From assembly GCA_001600695.1 (NCBI GenBank), contig BCKQ01000005.1, positions 983,820 to 1,047,819 on the forward strand: 64,000 nt of DNA, read 5' to 3'. Within the stretch, counting starts at the first letter, position 1; each line of letters starts with the position of its first letter. Positions 56,901 to 64,000 of this stretch are shown in pieces. Origin of the DNA: Ascoidea asiatica JCM 7603. Lineage: Eukaryota; Fungi; Ascomycota. A model generated the notes under the pieces. That model made no database searches, was not told where the DNA came from, and saw only the letters and a program-made list of their open reading frames with translations. The translations under genes were made by a program, and so were the position numbers.

Positions 56901-59312
56901 CTTTTCTTCATTTTGAACATTTTCACGGTCAAGATTCTTCTTTCGAGAGCTGAGCGACTTTATATTTCTACTCAATTCGTGAACTACTTTACTTGCTTCT
57001 TTGAATTTATTTTCTAAATCCTTAACTTCATTTTCAAATTCAAGGCCTTGACTCTTTTCTTTATTCAATTTTTCTTTTAATTCTGTGTACTCTATTTTTG
57101 TAGCTTCTAATTTTTTAGTTTTATGAAAAATTCTAGTTTGATAATAAATGGCACGTTTTCTAGTCAATATCCTTTCCTGTCTTAAAAAATATAAAGCGTC
57201 ATTTTTTTTATCTTCTAAAGAGGATTTTTCTTTTTCAACAATTGAAAATCTACTTTCCTTTTCTTGGCAGATAGTGTTAAGTTCCTCAACCTTATTAAGA
57301 GAATCTTCAATTTGACCCTTATAATCAGTTGTACCAATTATATCTTCGAGATATTCTAGCAACCCATCATCATTTTCTTTTTCTGCTTTTGGTTTCATTT
57401 GGGCAATACTTTCAACTTCACCTTGGAGAATCAAAAATCTTTTGTGCTTTAAATCAATACCTTTTTCTTTCAATAAGTTTGTTACTTCTGTATAAGTACT
57501 TTCCTTATGATTAATATAATATTTTGAACCATTGTTTCTAAAGGCTCTTCTGGTAACGATTAACTCACTATCAGCTACTTCTTCTACGGGACTTTCATCA
57601 GGGGTTTCTTCAGGATTGAAATTTTGCTTATCTATCACATGCTTGAAATAAATATCTACGGAACAAGAATCTAAATTTCTAACCTTATCAGAATTATGAA
57701 TTAACTCAGATAATTTACTTTGTCTCATTTTTGAAGCTCTGAATCCAAAGACAAACAACATGGAATCAATAACATTTGATTTTCCGGAACCATTTGGCCC
57801 AACAACAGCAGAAAAAGAAGGATGAAAAGGGCCAATTACCTGAGATCCAGCATAAGACTTAAAATCATTTAAAATTAATTTATCGATAACTAATCTGATT
57901 TGAGGTTCTCCTGAATTTCTCTCAGTTTCCAAATCTTGAAACAATTGCTTTCTAGATTGAGTGTTTATAAATTGAGTATTACTAAATGTTGAAGACCTGA
58001 TAGCCCGGGAAGGTGAATGTGGTCTTGAACGAGATGGAGATCCTAAAGAAAGACCTAACATTGGAGATCGTGGGGGAGAGCGATTAGAATTGACTTTTGG
58101 AGATGGTGGATTCAGTGGAGTTTTAGTAATACCAACCAGATTCTGAGTTGGGGTTAAACCAATTACTTGGGGAATATTGATTACTTTAGATTTTAATGGA
58201 CTTATACTTTGACTGCAATTTGAGTTCTTTAAGGATGAAGAATTTTGATCAATTACAGATAAAGTTACACGATTATTTAATTGAACTGAACTTTTGTTAA
58301 TTATAGTTGGAGGAGGAATTAATTTTTTAGATGTTTTTGATATAACGTTTGGAATATTTAAGGACTGAAAGTTCTCTTTATTCATTAAATTTTCCTTGAG
58401 ATTTTTTTCTTCAAGAATGTTTTTTTCAGTTATATCTTTATTATCTTTTTCAATAATTTTTAGGTCATCTGGATTTTTTGTGATCTCAAGGTTTTCATTG
58501 TTTAAAACATTTTCAGTATCTTCGATTTCCTGATTATGGTTATCTTCTAATGACAAATCGGCCATTTCAATATCACCATCATTATTTTTAGTATTGACAT
58601 CAGCTAATTCATTTTTTTCTTCCTTATTATTAATCTCATCAGTGTTTTCAGTGCTTCCCTGGTCTTTTGGCTCTTTCTCTTCTTTTTGCTCTTCCTGGTC
58701 TTCCTGCTCAGAATCACTTGAAGGAATTAAATTTCCTTTTGATTTGAACTTAGATTTGAGTTTTGATTTTTGAGGAATAATTTTTTTACTGACTATTTTA
58801 GATTTTGAATTGTTTTTTATATTTTCTTTCTTTACAATCTTTTTTTCTGGAAGTTCATCATCTTCAGATTCGTCATCGTTTTCAGAGTCGAGGGAATTTG
58901 ACTCAGCCAGCTCATAAGCTGAGGTTGATTCAGAGTCTGAAGAAGATAATTCAATTACTTCAGAATCATCAAGACTACTATCAATCTTCTTACTATCAAC
59001 CTCATTGTTATTATTTTGATCATTGTCATCTTCGACTTGATTTTTTTCATTTTTCACTTTAGCTTTTGGTATCTTTTTTTTTTGTTCTTTGGAATTTATT
59101 ATTTGTTTAGATACTTGTTTTGCTTTTGATTTAGGCCTAAGGTCAGTACTTTGATCAGAATCTGAACCTAGGGTCGAATTGGAAGCAGAAATTGAATCAT
59201 CAGAATCCGAATCAGAAATTATTATTGAATCCTTGGTTAAATCGTCTTCGGAATCTTTCACAAGATTCCTATTTCTGTTTCTAGTATTTCTAGCTCTTCT
59301 AGTTTGAGCCAT
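53946..59312 (-). CDS. SMC4: Condensin ATPase subunit Smc4
   Basis: Walker A VVGPNGSGKSNVIDS, FLILQGEVE, hinge GFHGRLGDLG, signature LSGGEKTLSSLAL and Walker B YVMDEIDAALD. ATG at 59312. Confidence 0.97.
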   Translation of the reverse strand: MAQTRRARNTRNRNRNLVKDSEDDLTKDSIIISDSDSDDSISASNSTLGSDSDQSTDLRPKSKAKQVSKQIINSKEQKKKIPKAKVKNEKNQVEDDNDQNNNNEVDSKKIDSSLDDSEVIELSSSDSESTSAYELAESNSLDSENDDESEDDELPEKKIVKKENIKNNSKSKIVSKKIIPQKSKLKSKFKSKGNLIPSSDSEQEDQEEQKEEKEPKDQGSTENTDEINNKEEKNELADVNTKNNDGDIEMADLSLEDNHNQEIEDTENVLNNENLEITKNPDDLKIIEKDNKDITEKNILEEKNLKENLMNKENFQSLNIPNVISKTSKKLIPPPTIINKSSVQLNNRVTLSVIDQNSSSLKNSNCSQSISPLKSKVINIPQVIGLTPTQNLVGITKTPLNPPSPKVNSNRSPPRSPMLGLSLGSPSRSRPHSPSRAIRSSTFSNTQFINTQSRKQLFQDLETERNSGEPQIRLVIDKLILNDFKSYAGSQVIGPFHPSFSAVVGPNGSGKSNVIDSMLFVFGFRASKMRQSKLSELIHNSDKVRNLDSCSVDIYFKHVIDKQNFNPEETPDESPVEEVADSELIVTRRAFRNNGSKYYINHKESTYTEVTNLLKEKGIDLKHKRFLILQGEVESIAQMKPKAEKENDDGLLEYLEDIIGTTDYKGQIEDSLNKVEELNTICQEKESRFSIVEKEKSSLEDKKNDALYFLRQERILTRKRAIYYQTRIFHKTKKLEATKIEYTELKEKLNKEKSQGLEFENEVKDLENKFKEASKVVHELSRNIKSLSSRKKNLDRENVQNEEKKKHLEKKIKKSDGILNNARNSIGRNQTRLEQITKEQEEFEKELQELKERLETETAKLETIKVALANKTKVFTDKIEILQRQLQPWNEKLEKKNSQIKVTKSQLQMLKEQKNGLDSEIEELEVKIEEIIENGKQKEQQLTKLKKEKVHNLKEVEVGTQQCHVGREQANELKAEISNLRQRAQESRFSVNNFTNRSKVLTGLMRLKQSGRLEGFHGRLGDLGRIDDKYDVAVSTACPSLNDMVVETVEVGQQCIEYLRKNNLGYSRFICLDKLRNFNLNPIETPENIPRLFDLITPAEDKFRPAFYSVMQDTLVANEMKQANRAAYGRRRFRVVTLDGKLIDKSGTLSGGGNSVNKGSMNTSKRQKAFISEEEVKKLEDKLAEKENIYENGYRTLVQLENALKEFQERQPIIEIEMSKIGMEIESNSVELDSCKKQIKDHQESNKSSKIKFDNDIKQAEQDLKKRENELEDLKSQSSSLEEEIQELEQKIMDAGGLEMKTQKSEVDGINQRLEILNEKKAAALLFSKKLQNELKRNEKSIATNEREIEFSKEELNNLLQNYSGKSQALIDIETELTKLEESKDERSQEMEELKTDLESRNEKINEMKSATIEFENKVEKAESFLRHETKGIKILMEKYNSLELKDVGYLIDWLRDEEATSFNKSKKLSKKNQRKRTRIDDDEENEEEVLNISDDDEDDVDNNSDDEETSKNKKNQDNVDQDGDQVMVEAESEEEEENEEEDSNDVLTTNKILQDLEDTELPELTPEEMEGVNIDDLQEKISGLEEFINNVNVDVEILNEYGRRAREYQNRKTDLNTSILERDNHKKLAEDLKKRRYDEFMKGFKIISSALKEMYQLITMGGNAELELVDSLDPFSEGIEFAVMPPKKSWKKISNLSGGEKTLSSLALVFALHRYKPTPLYVMDEIDAALDFRNVSIVANYIKERTKNAQFVVISLRNNMFELAQQLVGIYKVDNMTKSITLKNKAL

Positions 59313-59613
59313 TATCAAACAAAATGGAAATGAATTTACCCTGAATAAGCTGAAATTTAATATAAACTAAAAATGAGGGTAAAAGTGAGAATTCTTCCAA
59401 GCAAATAAAGAAAGGGTATTTGGGTATATGGGTATTTTGGATATTTAAAATTTCAGGCAAGCTAGCCAAATATTCTTGAAATTTCGGGATGAAGAATTGA
59501 GGATCAATGATGTAAAGTGATTATATATTAATTGATAAATTTTGTTTCAGTCAGCTCTTTAAAACTTCCTTGAATTCTCGTTAGATGATTTATTTATTTT
59601 TTTGATTTGTTTA

Positions 59614-59628
59614 TGTTTACATTTCGCG
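59614..59628 (-). promoter_or_regulatory. Adjacent forkhead (GTAAACA) and SCB (CGCGAAA) sites upstream of SMC4
   Basis: TGTTTAC at 59614-59620 and TTTCGCG at 59622-59628 on the + strand. Confidence 0.5.
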
Positions 59629-60770
59629 ACAAGCTTGAATCAAAATAATCCAGATGTAATGGATGTTAGATGTACACTATCATAAAATGCGGTTTTTGAC
59701 GTAAAAAGGTTTTGTCCTGTATAACTTTGATATCCGTCCTGTACATGTTTGCTGCCCTAATTATATGTCCTATATTGTTGCACTAAACTTTCTCAGTTCT
59801 TGACCCTGCTTTGGTTGGCTCTTTGAATAGGTGGAACCCTAATAAAAAATTTGAAGGTATTGAAGTTATAATTTTCATCAACCCTCAAAAACAATGTATT
59901 CAAAGAATCAAATTCTAGTAAGCTTTCTTTGATATAAATTTATCTGCTTTATGGTAATTTATTTTTTATTTGTTGTTATTTGAATAGATAACTAGTAAAT
60001 GGTTTTTTTACAGAGTTTGCATTTATTGAGTTAGGTGATTTATGTTTTTTTTTAGATTTGTAAGTGTTATATTGATTTATTCTGGTGCTTTTTCGTTTTT
60101 GCTGCTCCTGAATTATTTTTCCTTTTTTTTTACAATTTATAATGATGATATTTATATTTTGTTTTACCAATTGAACAAATGCTATAAGTTAATCGTCTTG
60201 ATTTTCTTTTTTGTAATGAAGGTTTACACTTGTCATAGTTACTCTGATTTTAAATTGTTCAATATAAGGTTAATTAATTTGGAAACTGAAATTTTTTGCT
60301 GGTCAATCAAGTTTTATGGTTTTTTTTGATCAAATTTACTAACAATTTTTCTCATTAGATTTTTTTAGATTAAAATTAATAAATCACTTTTTTACAATAT
60401 GAATAACTCTTCTCCTTATCGTATATTCGTAGATATCTTGTTTTCAAGCATTTTGATAAGTAAGATTTTATTAAATATTTTTGATAACTCACATTGATTC
60501 ATCGAATTGTAGTACTTTTTTTGCTTTATTGTTTTCTATTATATTTAGACAATTATGATCATAGTAAATAATTTAAAATAAAGAAAACAAGGTTCCCACT
60601 AACTTATGCTGTGACTTTGCATCTTCGAGAAAATAGAATGAAATTTTAATCTAAATTAAGTTTAATATCACTATAAAATTACAAATATTTTTGAGGATTA
60701 GTTGTTTTATTCATGAAATATATAATATGACCTAGGTTGAAGATATTAAAGATATTATGCATTAACTAAA

Positions 60771-61762
60771 TTATTCGTCATCTTCATCAATAACAACAGT
60801 TTCTAAACCTTTAGCAGAAGCAACAAAGACTGGTTCAACATATGAAAATAATTTTTCATCAGCATCTTCTTCTTCATTACGTTTTCTAGAAATTCTGATA
60901 CGTAATCTGTATGGAACACCTTTAACACCTCTTTTCCAGAGTTCTTGGTTTAATTTTGGATCAAGACGAACATCAGATGTACCCATGTGTAAAGTAGCAA
61001 ATTTTTTAATTTCTTTGACGGCTTTTGGAGCTCTTTTTTTGAATTGTTTACCAAACAACTAATAATTAAAAAGTTAGTATAAATGCAAATTATTATCGAT
61101 CTTATATAATTAAGTTCTGTAATTTGATTGAGAATGTTTCTTTGAGAATCTATGATTTGCTTAAGAGATTTTGGTTTGAATTTAAAGAATTTACTTATTA
61201 AATAATTAGGATTATCACTTCTTGATATATTAGGATTTAAAAAAACAAATTGAGAATTATGTCAAGCTTTGTAACTAATTGGTTGATGATAAGTCCATTT
61301 ATTTCTACAAGGATGTTTTACTTAGGACTTAATATTTTATTTTCTTTCCTTTCATACTAATTTCAATTTTACAAAATCTGGAAGTAACTGAAATCCAAAA
61401 TGCTAAATTTAAATTGACAAATTATATGTGATTTGGAACACAATTCCATAAATTAATTACTTTGATAATCCCATTTAATTTTAATTATTACTCTTAACTA
61501 TTTCTTTTGAAAAAAACGATGAGCCTTTAAGAAATATTTTTTTAAATGCCATTTTTCACCATTTTCAATCCAGTTTTTACTTTAAATTTACTTCATTTCT
61601 TCATTCATTTGATTTTCTTTAATGTTTCTTTACTCTCTTTCATTCTTTCAAATATTGCTTCTCCAAATTTCAGTTTTGAATATGGATACGTACTCTTTTG
61701 TGGAGATTGATGGTATATTCACATGTAACAACGTCTTTTAAAGCACTTCTTCCGGTAGCCAT
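60771..61762 (-). CDS. RPL31: 60S ribosomal protein eL31; exons 61762-61694 and 61058-60771, 118 aa
   Basis: Exon 1 (MATGRSALKDVVTCEYTINLHKR) joins exon 2 (LFGKQFKKRAPKAVKEIKKFA...) at the same position as the S. cerevisiae intron. Confidence 0.96.
61059..61693 (-). other. Spliceosomal intron of RPL31 (635 nt, phase 0)
   Basis: GTACGT at 61693-61688, TACTAAC at 61079-61073, TAG at 61061-61059. Confidence 0.93.
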
Positions 61763-62437
61763 TTCTATATTATATTTGATTATCGTTGATGAGTATATAT
61801 TTTCTATCAGAATATTGTTGTTGATTTTCAATTAGTGTCTAAATTTTTGTGATATCCTCTTCTAATCTTTTCTTGAAATTGAACGATTGAATAATTGAAA
61901 GAGACAATATAAAAAGGTCACATGTCCTGCTTTGCTTCTTGTCGGCAAATTTCTTATTGCTGTGTTTTATTCAATGACTTTTCCAGTTCCGCACTCCCTG
62001 TTTCTTCAGGGCCACACTTTTTACTGTGAATTCTGGATATTTCAAAACGTGACCATAATATGATGTCAAGACTGCTTTTTATGGAGCTCCCCTGAAAATC
62101 GAAAGCTTCAGCCCAGTCTTACTTTAAACCCCTAGTATTATTCTCGTGATCATATAGGGCTCTTGAAATGAAATTCTAAAATTTAGATTCAAGCTTTTCA
62201 TTTTTTTGATTTATCCTAAACCTTAAAAGGTTTTAAACAATAGACCATTCAATATCAGTAATTATTTTATTTTACTACTTTCATTTCCTAAGTTCGATAA
62301 TTCAGTAATTGCGGGCCATTGATATATAGAATATAGAGTATGAAATATATATATATATATATATATATATCTATTTATCTAAAAATTCCAGTAAAAATTT
62401 ATAGTTCAAAAATAAATTAAATATCAATGACAAAAAA

Positions 62438-63925
62438 CTATTGATGATCAAAATCATATATTGTACTATAATTCCTATTCCAACATATCATTAACATATC
62501 CAAAGAATTATAGTTATTATCGTTTAACATTTGCTTTAAGTTATTTGAATTATCTGTACTTTCGTTATTTCCAATTTTATAAGCTGATGAATATTTTTTA
62601 TTATCAAGTTTTAGTATATCAAGATAATTATTATAAGATCTTAAATTTAATTCTGATAAAGCACAAAAAGAACAAAGTAATCTACCAGTTATTCTCAATT
62701 CCAAAAGATCATCTAATGAGTTAATAATAATTTCCTTATCAACAATAATATTATTTGAGTTTTCGTTCTTGTCATTTTTATCATTTTTCTCATTCTCAAT
62801 ATTCTCTGAATTATTTCTTTTATGATTAGAACTGTTCAATAAAACTTTTTTCAATAACTTGATTGATTGAAATTCGCTTACTTCTAAATTATTCATTTCT
62901 TTATTTAATTTGATTAAATTATTGAAATAATACTCGGATTTATCATAATCACCTTGGATTAAAGAAATTAAAGTTGCCATTAAAGAATAATTTGAATAAA
63001 ATTCAATTTCATAATTGGAAAATGATTCTTTTTCAATTTGTTTTTTTTCTTTTGTCTTTTTGATTTTTTTTGATTTTAATTGAATATTATTTAAAATTGA
63101 ATCAGCCAAGGATAAAAAAGTTAAATAATCTCTTTTTGATATAACATTTGCAGAAATAATATATGAACAAATTTGAATAGTTAAATTAAGTTTTGTAATA
63201 GTTTCTGAATCTGAGTTTAATTTATTAAGGAAGTATTCATTCTTGATATCCGATCTTAAAGACCAAATTATATCATACATTAATTTAACTGTATTATAAC
63301 TTGGATGCAGAGCCTTTAATTCAATTATTAATAACTTCAATGATAATGGCAAATTTACAATATTTTCTGATAAATTTTTAGAATTGAGAGTAATAAAGCT
63401 ATTAAGTGAAGGTAAAATTGCAAAAAATCTAATTGATTCTTCTTTTGAAGCTTGTTTAAATTGAGAATTATTTGATAAAAATAATATAGATAATCTAATT
63501 TCCCAAATTTCTAAAATTTTTAATTCATATTTTTTAGTTAAAAGACTCCTTTGCATTAAAAAATTATCATATAATAATCTTAAATAACTTTTTATTAAAG
63601 ACAATAAATTTGAATATGCAATAGCTGATTGAAATGAATTTGAAGAATTTGCAATATAAAGTAAATATTTAAATTTTTTCTCATAATTATTGATTTCATT
63701 ATCTAATGATGATAAGAGTTCGGATTTATTATCTTTATCATTTTTTATTTCAGATTTATTTTCCAGTAATAAATCATTAGGAAATTTTATTTTTTTTTCA
63801 GATAAGGGTAAAAGTACTAATAATTTAGGATCTATTAATGAGAAAAATGGAGAATTTAAATTATTCTTTGGTGGAGCATCAGGTGGTACTGAACCTTCTC
63901 TTGGTGGTTGATGGACAGTTTGCAT
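62438..63925 (-). CDS. Uncharacterised helical/TPR-like protein, possibly TRAPPC12-related
   Basis: 495-aa ORF with ILEIWEIRLSILF...ASKEE...LPLSLKLLIIEL and TPR-like LIQGDYDKSEYYF. Confidence 0.65.
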   Translation of the reverse strand: MQTVHQPPREGSVPPDAPPKNNLNSPFFSLIDPKLLVLLPLSEKKIKFPNDLLLENKSEIKNDKDNKSELLSSLDNEINNYEKKFKYLLYIANSSNSFQSAIAYSNLLSLIKSYLRLLYDNFLMQRSLLTKKYELKILEIWEIRLSILFLSNNSQFKQASKEESIRFFAILPSLNSFITLNSKNLSENIVNLPLSLKLLIIELKALHPSYNTVKLMYDIIWSLRSDIKNEYFLNKLNSDSETITKLNLTIQICSYIISANVISKRDYLTFLSLADSILNNIQLKSKKIKKTKEKKQIEKESFSNYEIEFYSNYSLMATLISLIQGDYDKSEYYFNNLIKLNKEMNNLEVSEFQSIKLLKKVLLNSSNHKRNNSENIENEKNDKNDKNENSNNIIVDKEIIINSLDDLLELRITGRLLCSFCALSELNLRSYNNYLDILKLDNKKYSSAYKIGNNESTDNSNNLKQMLNDNNYNSLDMLMICWNRNYSTIYDFDHQ

Positions 63926-64000
63926 TTATACAATTGCGTATATTATTTAATAGTTTCAACTTGAAAAGGAATGAAGAAACATTAAAAGAGAAAGCACTAT

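Noticed and set aside
61059-61693. Intronic snoRNA in RPL31
   Set aside because: The TGATGA and CTGA boxes found lie on the antisense strand.
1-64000. Transposons, LTRs, CRISPR arrays, rRNA, or bacterial horizontally acquired genes
   Set aside because: No transposase, RT or integrase ORF, no paired terminal repeats, no repeat-spacer array and no rRNA-like sequence; all recognised genes belong to ordinary fungal families.

Overview
Eukaryotic DNA from a very AT-rich budding yeast (Saccharomycotina). The evidence is GTATGT/GTACGT...TACTAAC...TAG introns, yeast-type tRNAs, retained S. cerevisiae gene neighbourhoods and a respiratory complex I subunit. Asn-microsatellite-laden proteins suggest an Ascoidea-like lineage, but that is inference only. 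The window holds 25 supportable protein genes, in order: VPS15 (3' part), CAC2, CUE1/4, SAP30, NTA1, MAK31, a patatin lipase, NOB1, an orphan Zn2Cys6 protein, NUXM, a twin-CX9C protein, thioredoxin, SER2, IMP4, APN2, a GPI wall protein, an MFS transporter, a DIP5-like permease, a KTR5/7-like mannosyltransferase, MRPS8, an unknown 1074-aa protein, a VTC5-like protein, SMC4, RPL31 and a TRAPPC12-like protein. There are two tRNA genes: an intron-containing Gln-CUG with an atypical acceptor stem, and Val-AAC. Three spliceosomal introns missed by the ORF track were reconstructed (SAP30, IMP4, RPL31). No mobile element, CRISPR array or rRNA is supported. The best leads are: kb-scale compositional mosaicism that switches inside genes; the atypical tRNA-Gln; the orphan Zn-cluster/AT-hook-like protein with a perfect 180-bp duplication and an upstream CGG palindrome; a two-start thioredoxin; a GC-rich structured-RNA candidate near 49.1-49.4 kb; and a co-oriented run of N-degron-related genes. 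All calls are by eye; no searches were run.
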